NCBI GenBank assembly: GCA_963786575.1
Contig: CAWAZH010000006.1
Span: 21,993 to 85,992, forward strand
DNA: 64,000 bases
Origin: an uncultured Actinomycetes bacterium
GTDB taxonomy: Bacteria > Actinomycetota > Thermoleophilia > Solirubrobacterales > Solirubrobacteraceae
Direction of reading: 5' to 3'
Numbering within the stretch: the first letter of the stretch is position 1; each line of letters opens with the position of its first letter. Positions 1-7,811 of the stretch are shown here, piece by piece. The position numbers and the translations under genes were made by a program. The notes beneath the pieces were generated by a model that worked only from the letters and a program-made list of their open reading frames with translations, made no database searches and had not been told where the DNA came from.

Positions 1-250
1 GGTTGATGCCGATGCCGGTGTCGCGGATGTTCTTGGCCTTCTTGTCGATCGAACGAGCGGTGTTGACCGTCTCGGCGAGCAGACCTGCCGCGATCGTGAC
101 CGAAGCCGCGACCAGGACCAAGATGATGATGTTGACGCCCTGCACGCCGCCTGCGGCGCCGGTTGCCCGGCCTCCGCCGCTGCTGCTGCCGCCGCCGCCT
201 GACCTGGCAGCCTGCTGTGGGCTACGCGGCTTCCGTTTTAGCGCCGGCAC
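1..250 (-). CDS. hypothetical small membrane protein, N-terminal part only (runs off the window start)
   Basis: Not in the ORF track. The reverse-strand frame starts at GTG (complement of 248-250) with GGAG 6 nt upstream. It reads VPALKRKPRSPQQAARSGGGGSSSGGGRATGAAGGVQGVNIIILVLVAASVTIAAGLLAETVNTARSIDKKAKNIRDTGIGIN, with G/C-ending codons and one clear TM stretch. Confidence 0.45.
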   Translation of the reverse strand, partial: MPALKRKPRSPQQAARSGGGGSSSGGGRATGAAGGVQGVNIIILVLVAASVTIAAGLLAETVNTARSIDKKAKNIRDTGIGIN

Positions 251-615
251 GGAACGCTCCGCCGGTATGGCGCCGATGCGCCTGACCCTCTAAGCACTGT
301 GGCTCCCCTCTGTTTTCGCCCCTGCCCGCCCACGACGCGAACGCCCCGTGCGGTCAGTTGCTCGCTCCCTAATAGTCCCGGCCGCGGGTCCCGGTACGTC
401 TCCCTCTGCCCCGACCCAGCCGATGTCTGCGCGCGACACTAGTACAGACACGGCCGGGATGTCCAGTGGTCGCACCCCCCTGGAGCCCGTGGGCTCCCCC
501 GGCGGGTCGAAGGGTAGCGGTTTTGCAGGCATGTTTAGGTGCGTGTTAAGAGTTTTCGCGGATTTCGCGCGGAATGGCCGTAGCGGGGGCGTACGACCTG
601 GAGTAGCTTGATCGC

Positions 616-1005
616 GTGCCCGTCGATTCCGATCTCGCGCGCGTCGTCCTGCCGAAGAACTTCCTGCGCCCGTGCCTGCTGCTGCTGCTGCACGAGGCGC
701 CCGCGCACGGCTACGAGCTGCGCGAGCGCCTGCGCCCGCTGGGCTTCAACCGCGACGACCCGGGGCGCCTGTACCGGGCGCTGCGCGCGCTGGAGGGCGC
801 CAAGCTCGTGCGCTCGGCCTGGCACTCGTCGTCGGGCGGGCCCGACCGCCGCACGTACGAGCTCACGCGCGCGGGCGAGGAGCGGCTGGTCGAGGCGGCC
901 GAGGAGCTCAAGGCGATGTACACGATCCTCGACACGTTCCTGTGCCGCTGCGGCGACAGCGGGGCCGTCGATGAGCCGGCCCGCGCGGCACGCCGGGCGG
1001 GCTGA
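616..1005 (+). CDS. PadR family transcriptional regulator
   Basis: 129 aa, GTG start. Carries the PadR winged-helix signature (LLLLLHEAPAHGYELRERL ... RLYRALRALEGAKLV ... RRTYELTRAGEE). Confidence 0.85.
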   Translation: MPVDSDLARVVLPKNFLRPCLLLLLHEAPAHGYELRERLRPLGFNRDDPGRLYRALRALEGAKLVRSAWHSSSGGPDRRTYELTRAGEERLVEAAEELKAMYTILDTFLCRCGDSGAVDEPARAARRAG

Positions 1006-1033
1006 CGCGCACGCGCGCGCGAGGCGGGTGCGC

Positions 1034-1132
1034 ATGAACCGCATCCGCTGGCTGCTGCTCGCGACCGCCGTACCGCTCGTCGTCATCCTGGCGGTGCTCG
1101 TGGTGGCGGCGATCACCGGGGGCGGCGGCTGA
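1034..1132 (+). CDS. possible 32-aa single-TM micro-protein downstream of PadR
   Basis: ATG at 1034 with GAGG about 10 nt upstream. Translation MNRIRWLLLATAVPLVVILAVLVVAAITGGGG, almost all codons G/C-ending. No homology evidence. Confidence 0.35.
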   Translation: MNRIRWLLLATAVPLVVILAVLVVAAITGGGG

Positions 1133-1187
1133 GAGCCGCGTGTATCGTCCACGCCGTCGACTGGCCAGTCAGCCAAAGGAGCGCGCC

Positions 1188-2396
1188 GTGGACCTCAACG
1201 ACACTCCCGAGCAGGCCCGCTACCGGACCAAGGTCCGCGCCTGGCTCGAGGAGCACGCGGCCGAGGCGCCGGCCGAGCAGGGCGACGAGGCCGCCTACAT
1301 CGCGGCGCGCAGGGCGTGGCAGGGCCGGCTCGCCGCGGCCGGGCTGGCGGGCGTCGCCTGGCCCGCGGAGCTCGGCGGCCAGGGGCTGGGAGCGGTCGAG
1401 CAGGTCATCGTCAACCAGGAGATCGCCACGGCGGGCGTGCCCGGCGTGCTCGACGTGATCGGCGTCGGGATGCTCGGTCCGACGATCATCGCCCACGGCA
1501 GCGACGAGCAGAAGAACCGCTACCTCGGGCCGATGCTGCACGGCGACGAGGTCTGGTGCCAGCTGTTCTCCGAACCGGCCGCCGGCTCCGACCTCGCCGC
1601 GGTCCAGGCGCGCGCCGTCGCGCAGGAGGACGGCAGCTGGCGCCTGTCCGGGCAGAAGGTCTGGACGACCAACGCGCACTTCGCCTCCTACGGCCTGCTG
1701 CTCGCGCGCACCGATGCCGACGTGCCCAAGCACAAGGGGCTGACGATGTTCATCGTCCCGATGGACGCGCCGGGCGTGACGATCCGCGGCCTGCGCCAGA
1801 TCTCCGGCGAGGCGGAGTTCAACGAGGTCTTCTTCGACGACGTGCGCCTGGAGGCCGACGCCGTCTGCGGGCCGCTCGGCGGCGGCTGGGGCACGGCCCT
1901 GACGACGCTCATGTTCGAGCGCCTCACGATCGGCCTGGGCTCCGAGGGTCTCGGCTACCGCCCCGAGCGCTACGCGCGCGCCATCGCAGGCGACGAGCAC
2001 GCGCGCCAGGATCCCGAGGCGCGCCGGCGCCTCGGCGAGCTGGCGGTCGAGCTGCTGGCCGTGAAGTTCACCGGCTACCGGATGCTCAGCGCGCTGCAGC
2101 AGGGTCAGATCCCGGGGCCCGAGGCGGGGCTCGCGAAGATCACCACCGTGCGCTCGGCGATCGAGGCGGGCGAGCTGATCGCCGACGTGCTCGGCCCCGA
2201 CGCGCTCGACGAGGACAGCGAGTGGGCGTACATGATCTCGTTCCTGCCGGGCCTGAAGTCCGCCGGCGGGACGGAGGAGATCCTGCGCAACACGGTCGGC
2301 GAGCGCGTCCTCGGGCTGCCGCCGGAGCCGCGGCTGGACAAGGGCATCCCGTTCTCCGAGCTGCGCGCGAAGGAGCGCGCTGCGGTGACGTCATGA
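1188..2396 (+). CDS. acyl-CoA dehydrogenase family protein
   Basis: AAGGAG lies 6 nt upstream of GTG 1188, inside track ORF 1140..2396. ACAD-like blocks present (FSEPAAGSDLA, KVWTTNAH, GGTEEILRN). Confidence 0.9.
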   Translation: MDLNDTPEQARYRTKVRAWLEEHAAEAPAEQGDEAAYIAARRAWQGRLAAAGLAGVAWPAELGGQGLGAVEQVIVNQEIATAGVPGVLDVIGVGMLGPTIIAHGSDEQKNRYLGPMLHGDEVWCQLFSEPAAGSDLAAVQARAVAQEDGSWRLSGQKVWTTNAHFASYGLLLARTDADVPKHKGLTMFIVPMDAPGVTIRGLRQISGEAEFNEVFFDDVRLEADAVCGPLGGGWGTALTTLMFERLTIGLGSEGLGYRPERYARAIAGDEHARQDPEARRRLGELAVELLAVKFTGYRMLSALQQGQIPGPEAGLAKITTVRSAIEAGELIADVLGPDALDEDSEWAYMISFLPGLKSAGGTEEILRNTVGERVLGLPPEPRLDKGIPFSELRAKERAAVTS

Positions 2397-3514
2397 ACCT
2401 GGAGCTGACCGACGAGCAGACGTTCCTGCGCGAGGCCGCCCGCGACGCGCTCTCGCGCGTGAAGACGATCGCGCTCGCGCGCGAGGCGCTGGAGGACCCG
2501 TCACAGCTGCCCGACCTGTGGCCGACCGCGCGCGAGGCGGGCTGGTCGGGGCTGCTCGTCGGCGAGGAGCGCGGCGGCGCGGGCCTCAGCGCATTCGAGG
2601 CGATGCTCGTGATGACCGAGGCCGGCCGCGTCCTGGCGGGCGTGCCGCTGCTCGGCCACCTGCCCGCGTCGGCGCTGCTCGACGACGCCGCCGACGAGCG
2701 CACCGCCGCGGTCGCCGAGGGCGAGCTGCGCGCGTGCTTCGTCGCCGCGCGGCCACCTGGCGACCTGGGCGGCGGCTGGACCGTCGAGGCACGCGCGGGA
2801 TCGGTGCGGGCGGACGCGCCGGTGCTGGGCGACGACGGGGTTCTCAGCGGGACGGTCGCGTGGGTGCCGGATGCGCCCGGGGCCGACCTACTCGTCGTCG
2901 CGGCGACGCGGGGGGTGCACGGGGAGCCCGTGGCGGTCGCCGTGGACGCCGGTGCCGACGGCGTGAGCGTCGAGGCGGTCACCCGCTACGACGCGACGCG
3001 GGCGCTCGGGCACGTGACGTTCGACGGCGCGGCCGCCACGGTGCTCGAGGGCGCCGGCGGCGAGGGCCTCGAGCGCGCGTGGTTCCTGGCCCAGGCGCTG
3101 CTCGCGGCCGAGTCGCTCGGCGCGGTCGAGACCGCGCTCGAGCTGTCGGTCGCCTACGCGAAGGAGCGCTTCACGTTCGGGCGCGCGATCGGCTCCTACC
3201 AGGCCGTCAAGCACGGGCTCGTCGAGGTGCTGCGCCTGCGCGAGAACACGTATGCGCTGCTGCTCTACGCGGGCTGGGCCTACGTCGACAGCCGCGACGA
3301 GTTCGCGCTCGCGGCGAGCGCGGCGCGCAGCGCCGGCGGCCACGCGCTCGACGTCGCGAGCCGCACGATGATCTCGGTCCACGGCGGCATCGGCGCGACC
3401 TGGGAGCACGACGCGCCGCTGTTCTTCCGCCGCGCCCAGCTCTCGCGCCGGCTGCTCGGCGGCGCCGGCGAGGCCGCCGATCGCGTGGCGGGCGAGCTCA
3501 TGAGCGCCGTCTGA
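2393..3514 (+). CDS. acyl-CoA dehydrogenase family protein (second subunit/paralog)
   Basis: ATG 2393 overlaps the upstream stop (ATGA). The sequence MNLELTDEQTFLREAARD ... YAKERFTFGRAIGSYQAVKH ... HGGIGATWEHD is typical of the ACAD C-terminal domain. Confidence 0.88.
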   Translation: MNLELTDEQTFLREAARDALSRVKTIALAREALEDPSQLPDLWPTAREAGWSGLLVGEERGGAGLSAFEAMLVMTEAGRVLAGVPLLGHLPASALLDDAADERTAAVAEGELRACFVAARPPGDLGGGWTVEARAGSVRADAPVLGDDGVLSGTVAWVPDAPGADLLVVAATRGVHGEPVAVAVDAGADGVSVEAVTRYDATRALGHVTFDGAAATVLEGAGGEGLERAWFLAQALLAAESLGAVETALELSVAYAKERFTFGRAIGSYQAVKHGLVEVLRLRENTYALLLYAGWAYVDSRDEFALAASAARSAGGHALDVASRTMISVHGGIGATWEHDAPLFFRRAQLSRRLLGGAGEAADRVAGELMSAV

Positions 3515-3536
3515 CGGCGATTACACTCCGTCGCGA

Positions 3537-3609
3537 GGGGCCATAGCTCAGCTGGGAGAGCGCCTGCTTTGCAAGCAGGAGGTCACCGGTTCGATCCCGG
3601 TTGGCTCCA
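3537..3609 (+). tRNA. tRNA-Ala (anticodon UGC)
   Basis: 73-nt cloverleaf GGGGCCATAGCTCAGCTGGGAGAGCGCCTGCTTTGCAAGCAGGAGGTCACCGGTTCGATCCCGGTTGGCTCCA. Anticodon loop cuUGCaa, G3:U70 Ala identity pair, GGTTCGATCC T-arm, CCA not encoded. Confidence 0.97.
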
Positions 3610-3619
3610 CTGACACGAA

Positions 3620-3638
3620 CCGCGGGAGCGTCTCGCGG
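3620..3638. terminator. hairpin between tRNA-Ala and the convergent udgX gene (possible bidirectional terminator)
   Basis: CCGCGGGA-gcg-TCTCGCGG forms an 8-bp stem (one G:U) with a 3-nt loop. There is no U-tract, which is common in high-GC genomes. Confidence 0.35.
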
Positions 3639-3689
3639 GCGTGGACGTCGACGAAGCCGTCGTGGCCGGGGACCCGGCCGGCCGCCGGC

Positions 3690-4316
3690 TCAGCCGCGGA
3701 GCGCCCCGACGACCGCGCGCACGTCGGCGGCGAATGCGGTCCGCATCTCGTGCCGTGCCTCGTCGCCACGGGCGCGCAGGATCGCCGACGGGTGCGAGGT
3801 CGCCATCACGACCTCGGCGAGCTCGGAGTCGATCGGGTGCCCGCGCGCCTCGCCGAGCTTGAAGCCCGGGCCCAGCAGCGCCTGGCCGGCGGTCGCGCCG
3901 AGCAGCAGCAGCCCCCGCGGACGCACGACGTCGAGCTCGGCGCGCAGCCACGGGTTGCAGGCCCGCACCTGCGCGCGCGTCGGCTTCTGGTGGATGCGGC
4001 GCTTGCCGCGTTCTTCGAATGCGAAGTGCTTGACGGCGTTCGTGATGTAGACGTCGGCGCGCGCGATGCCCGCGGCCTGGAGGGCGCGATCGAGCTCGCG
4101 GCCGGCCGGACCGACGAACACGTGCCCGGCGCGGTCCTCCTGGTCGCCGGGGCTCTCGCCGACGAGCATCAGCTGCGCGCGGCGCTTGCCCTCCCCGAAG
4201 ACGACCTGCGTCGCCCGCGCGTAGCGGTCGCAGGCGCGGCAGCCGGCGGCCGCCTTCGCGAGCGCGGTCCGCGAGCGGCGCTCGGGGAGGTGGGGCGTCG
4301 CGTCGGCAACGCCCAC
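3690..4316 (-). CDS. udgX: UdgX-type family-4-like uracil-DNA glycosylase (covalent uracil-DNA cross-linking type)
   Basis: 208 aa. Motif A is GESPGDQED, followed by NAVKHFAFEERGKRRIHQKP, which contains the KRRIH loop diagnostic of M. smegmatis UdgX. Cys residues consistent with a 4Fe-4S cluster (CRAC..., ACNPW) and an HPS-type motif B (TSHPSAILR) are present. Confidence 0.85.
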   Translation of the reverse strand: MGVADATPHLPERRSRTALAKAAAGCRACDRYARATQVVFGEGKRRAQLMLVGESPGDQEDRAGHVFVGPAGRELDRALQAAGIARADVYITNAVKHFAFEERGKRRIHQKPTRAQVRACNPWLRAELDVVRPRGLLLLGATAGQALLGPGFKLGEARGHPIDSELAEVVMATSHPSAILRARGDEARHEMRTAFAADVRAVVGALRG

Positions 4317-4317
4317 G

Positions 4318-4614
4318 TCAGCGCCGGGCGATCGCCAGCCCGGCGACGACCGCCACCGCGACGACGGCGCCGATCACGAGCCGCATCGTCGCCGGATCCT
4401 CGGCAGCCGCTCGCGCGCGCCGCTTCGTGTCGTCGAGCTTCGCCCTCGACCGGGCCTTGACGTCGGTCTTGGCGGCGAGCGCCTCGACGGTCTCGCCGAG
4501 CTCCTCGCGCGTGCGCTCGATCTCCTCGCGGATCTCGTCGGGCCCGCGCTCGTGCGGGTCCTGCCCGCCGTGCCCGTTTACTGCCTGCCCGCCTGCGCGC
4601 GTTCCTTGGCCCAC
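4318..4614 (-). CDS. DUF3618 domain-containing protein
   Basis: ERGPDEIREEIERTREELGETVEALAAKTDVKARSRAKL followed by a C-terminal TM helix. The GTG 4614 start is uncertain and would overlap the upstream gene by 37 nt. Confidence 0.7.
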   Translation of the reverse strand: MGQGTRAGGQAVNGHGGQDPHERGPDEIREEIERTREELGETVEALAAKTDVKARSRAKLDDTKRRARAAAEDPATMRLVIGAVVAVAVVAGLAIARR

Positions 4615-4997
4615 TGGACATCCTCCTTCACGGTCTCGACGGTCTGCTCGGGAATCGGTGGCGCGGATTCCTGCACCTGCCGCTTGCCGCTGAGTGCCAG
4701 GACGCCGGCGAGCGCGCCGTAGGCGGCGGCGACGATCAGGGCCGCCAGCCACGCATCGACCGCGGTCGCAAGCGCGAGGACGACGCACGCCGTGAAGACG
4801 GCGAAGGCGAAGAAGCCGAACAGCCCGGCGGCGCCGAACATGCCCACGCCGAGCCCTACCTTCTTGCCCTTCTCGGTGAGCTCGGCCTTGGCCAGCTCGA
4901 CCTCCTGGCGCGCGAGCGTCTTCGTCTGCTCGGTGAGCTGCTTGACGAGCTCCGCGACAGAGGCGTCAGCGGCGGTGTTGCCGTTGCCCTCTCGCAT
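4578..4997 (-). CDS. phage-holin-family / actinobacterial Holin-X-like membrane protein
   Basis: ATG 4997 has AGGAGG upstream. An N-terminal amphipathic helix (VAELVKQLTEQTKTLARQEVELAKAEL) is followed by two TM helices. Confidence 0.7.
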   Translation of the reverse strand: MREGNGNTAADASVAELVKQLTEQTKTLARQEVELAKAELTEKGKKVGLGVGMFGAAGLFGFFAFAVFTACVVLALATAVDAWLAALIVAAAYGALAGVLALSGKRQVQESAPPIPEQTVETVKEDVQWAKERAQAGRQ

Positions 4998-5130
4998 CGT
5001 GCCTCCTGGGTTGCTGTCGATCGTCGTTCCCGACGCGGATACCCGCGGCGGCGCGGGCCCACGCCTGTCATGGCGGGCGGACGGGTATGCCGCGTGGCTG
5101 AGGTCGATCAACCCGCCGAGGAGGCGCTTC

Positions 5131-5361
5131 ATGAGCAACGAGACGACGGAGGACGGCGAGCGCCGCGGCGCGCCGCCGCACGACGACGAGGCCGACGAGC
5201 CGCTCGGGCCGGCGACGCCCGACGACGAGACGCCGCTCGGCGACACCCCTGAGGTCCACGACGAGATCAGCCCTCACGACCTGCCGCCGGACAACCCCGG
5301 CCGCGAGGAGGCCGAGCGCCTGGCCGGCGGCGAGGACGGGACCACCAAGGGCAATATCTGA
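5131..5361 (+). CDS. hypothetical small acidic protein
   Basis: ATG 5131 has GAGGAG upstream. The 76-aa product is rich in D, E and P (MSNETTEDGERRGAPPHDDEADEPLGP...). Codons are G/C-ending. Confidence 0.5.
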   Translation: MSNETTEDGERRGAPPHDDEADEPLGPATPDDETPLGDTPEVHDEISPHDLPPDNPGREEAERLAGGEDGTTKGNI

Positions 5362-5364
5362 AGC

Positions 5365-5595
5365 TCAGCTGGAGCTCTTCTTGCCGCCCTTGCGTCCGGC
5401 GGCGGCCTTCTGCGCCTTCGTCCCTCCCTGGCTGGAGTCCGTGTTGCGCTTCCCGTTGCCGGACGCCTTGCCGCCCTTCTTCGAGGAGTCCGGGTCGTTC
5501 GCGATCGCTGCGGCGCGCGACTTGCTCATCCCCTTCTTGCGCAGCCCCTCGTACTGCTTGTCGTCCTTGATGCTCGAACCGTGGTCCTTGGCCAT
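5365..5595 (-). CDS. small basic protein (DUF7218 / Rho-N-like family, from memory)
   Basis: MAKDHGSSIKDDKQYEGLRKKGMSKSRAAAIAND... matches a conserved actinobacterial small-protein N-terminus, followed by a lysine/glycine-rich tail. Confidence 0.65.
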   Translation of the reverse strand: MAKDHGSSIKDDKQYEGLRKKGMSKSRAAAIANDPDSSKKGGKASGNGKRNTDSSQGGTKAQKAAAGRKGGKKSSS

Positions 5596-5629
5596 GACGC
5601 TCCTCCTCGCTCGATGAACAGGCTCGCGG

Positions 5630-6283
5630 CTACGCCGGGCGGCGGCCGCGCACGATCACGATCTCCTCGTCGTAGGTGCCGGCCGGCAGCAGCCCGTCGG
5701 CCCACAACTGCTCGGCGCGCTCGGTCAGGATCGGCCCGAGCGGGCCGCGGTGGCGGAAGACGACGCGGGGCTCCAGGCCGTGCTCGGCGAGCAGCGCCTC
5801 GGTGCGGCCGGTGCCGCAGACCGACGAGTGCAGCACGAGCAGCGAGCCGCCCGGGGTCAGGTGCGACGGCGCCGTCGCGCAGATCGGGTCCAGCAGCGCG
5901 CGCCCGTCGCGGCCGGCATCCCAGGCGCGCTCGGGCCCGGCGTCGGGGAGCTCGTCGGCGGCCGCCGGCAGGTAGGGCGGGTTGGCGACGACGAGGTCGA
6001 AGCGCTCTCCGTCGACCGCCGCGAACAGGTCGCCGCAGCGCGCGCGCACGCGCACGCCGTTGACCAGCGCGTTGAGCCGGACCGAGAACAGCGCGCGCTG
6101 CGAGACGTCCACTGCGGTCACCGCGGCCCCGCGTAGGGCGGCGGCCACGCCGACCGCGCCGCTGCCGGTGCAGAGGTCGAGCACGCGCGCGCCGGGAGCG
6201 AGCGTGTGCTGACGGACGGCCTGGACGAGCATCCAGGTGTCACTTCGGGGTTGAAAAACGCCGGGGACGGTGATGACGCGCAT
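5630..6283 (-). CDS. class I SAM-dependent methyltransferase, HemK/PrmC-like (NPPY motif)
   Basis: Starts at the internal ATG 6283 of track ORF 5630..7609. Contains VLDLCTGSGAVG (motif I) and VVANPPYLP (motif IV). Confidence 0.8.
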   Translation of the reverse strand: MRVITVPGVFQPRSDTWMLVQAVRQHTLAPGARVLDLCTGSGAVGVAAALRGAAVTAVDVSQRALFSVRLNALVNGVRVRARCGDLFAAVDGERFDLVVANPPYLPAAADELPDAGPERAWDAGRDGRALLDPICATAPSHLTPGGSLLVLHSSVCGTGRTEALLAEHGLEPRVVFRHRGPLGPILTERAEQLWADGLLPAGTYDEEIVIVRGRRPA

Positions 6284-6325
6284 GCGACCGCTGCCTTTCC
6301 CGCTGCGGCGACCCGACGAAACGTC

Positions 6326-7495
6326 ATGGACATCCGAGCCCTCCGCACCCGCTTCCGCGACGCGACCCCGCTGACCGTGGGCATCGAAGAGGAGCTGATG
6401 CTGCTCGACGCCGAGACGCTCGAACTCGCGCCGCGGGCGCCCGAGCTCCTCCGCGCACTCGACGGCGACCCGCACATCAAGCTCGAGCTCCCGGCCGCTC
6501 AGCTGGAACTGCTCAGCTCGCCTCGCGCAACCGTCGCCGACGCGGTCGGCGACCTGCGCGCCGCGCGCGCCGACCTCGCGACGGTCGCCGACCGCCATGG
6601 GCTGCGCGTCGCGGGCGCCGGGGCGCACCCGTTCTCGTCGCCGCTCGGAGTGCTCAACGGCGGCGACCGCTACGACGCCACGCGCGCCCGCTTCGGGCTC
6701 GTCGCCGAGACGCAGCTCGTCTGCGGGCTGCACGTGCACGTCGCGATCGGCGACGCGGACGCGGCGATCGCGGTGCACGACGCGCTGCGCTCCCACCTTC
6801 CCGAGCTGGCGGCGCTGGCCGCCGCGGCGCCCTGGTACTGCGGGCGCGACACGGGTCTGGCGTCGGTGCGCCCGGAGATCGCGGCACTGCTCCCTCGCCA
6901 GGGCGTCCCGCCGGCGCTGGGCAGCGTCGAGGAGTACGCGGCGCAGCTGGCCTGGGGCGCGGCCGCCGGCACGCTGCCCGAGCCGCGCTGCTGGTGGTGG
7001 GAGCTGCGCCCGCATCCGGCCTACGGGACGCTCGAGATCCGCGTGTGCGACACACAGCCCGACGTCCGCGGCGCCGGCGCGCTGGCGGGCGTTGTCCACG
7101 CCCTCGTCGCCGAGCTGACCATGCGCCATGCCCGCGGCGAGCTCCCGCCACCGGCCGCCGGCTGGCGGATTGCCGAAAACCGCTGGGCCGCGTGCCGCTG
7201 CGGCCTCGGCGGCACGATGGCCGACCTCGACAGCGGGCTGTCTGAGCCGACCGCCAGGCGGGTCGGGCGCCTGCTCGAGGCGCTCGACGGCGCGGCCGCG
7301 CACGTCGGCTGCGTCCCCGAGCTCGGGGACGCGTGGAGGCTGCTCGCCGCGGGCGGCGAGGCGGCGCTGCAGCGGCGCGTGGGCGCGGCCCGCGGCGCGC
7401 GCGGCCTCACCGCCTGGCTCGCCGATCGCTTCCTCGCCGACGACGTCGCGACGGGCGTGCTCGCCGGATCGGATGGGTATCACCAGCGGGCATGA
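6326..7495 (+). CDS. carboxylate-amine ligase, YbdK / glutamate-cysteine ligase family 2
   Basis: MDIRALRTRF... TVGIEEELMLLD ... CGLHVHV ... WWELRPHPAYGTLEIRVCD are hallmark GCS2 blocks. Confidence 0.88.
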   Translation: MDIRALRTRFRDATPLTVGIEEELMLLDAETLELAPRAPELLRALDGDPHIKLELPAAQLELLSSPRATVADAVGDLRAARADLATVADRHGLRVAGAGAHPFSSPLGVLNGGDRYDATRARFGLVAETQLVCGLHVHVAIGDADAAIAVHDALRSHLPELAALAAAAPWYCGRDTGLASVRPEIAALLPRQGVPPALGSVEEYAAQLAWGAAAGTLPEPRCWWWELRPHPAYGTLEIRVCDTQPDVRGAGALAGVVHALVAELTMRHARGELPPPAAGWRIAENRWAACRCGLGGTMADLDSGLSEPTARRVGRLLEALDGAAAHVGCVPELGDAWRLLAAGGEAALQRRVGAARGARGLTAWLADRFLADDVATGVLAGSDGYHQRA

Positions 7496-7613
7496 CCGGC
7501 TGCGGGCCACGCCCTTCCCGGGTGGTCCCAGGCGGTGACAGAGACGAGGGACCGGCGGCGTGCTGCGCGTTGTGCCGGGACCATCGCCATCGCGACTCAG
7601 CGAGGTCATCTTC

Positions 7614-7811
7614 GTGTCTGTTCTCAGATCAACTCAATCCAGCGACGCGCTGCCCGAGGACGCGTACTGCCGGCGCTGCGAGACGACCTTCAGCCGTCCG
7701 CTCCCGGCGCCCTACGGCGCGATCTGCCAGGCCTGCTTCGCCGAAGGGCACATCGTCACCCTGACCGAGCCGCCCCCCGGGCGCCGCTTCAAGAGGCGTC
7801 GGCGAGCGTGA
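7614..7811 (+). CDS. possible small zinc-ribbon protein
   Basis: GTG 7614. CRRC-x17-CQAC motif, G/C-ending codons from residue 10 onward, basic tail. The 3' end overlaps the convergent oxidoreductase gene by 23 nt. No homology evidence. Confidence 0.35.
   Translation: MSVLRSTQSSDALPEDAYCRRCETTFSRPLPAPYGAICQACFAEGHIVTLTEPPPGRRFKRRRRA

Noticed and set aside
290-611. Track ORFs 290..532(-) and 348..611(+) in the first intergenic region as possible genes.
   Set aside because: Both are rich in A/T-ending codons (AAA, CTA, GTA, ACT, ATT, AGT), which is atypical for real genes here. They have no motifs. The region is treated as non-coding instead.
251-615. Whether the long non-coding gap is tmRNA, RNase P RNA, SRP RNA or a ydaO-type riboswitch.
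   Set aside because: I could not find the conserved cores I remember: a tRNA-like 3' end and tag ORF for tmRNA, GAGGAAAGUCC-type P4 for RNase P, the SRP domain IV motif, or ydaO ACGGGG/CCCGA pairs in the right order. It is left unassigned rather than named.
4578-4997. Holin-like gene as part of a prophage lysis cassette.
   Set aside because: No endolysin, spanin, terminase, capsid or tail genes are nearby. The neighbours are small stress-type proteins and udgX.
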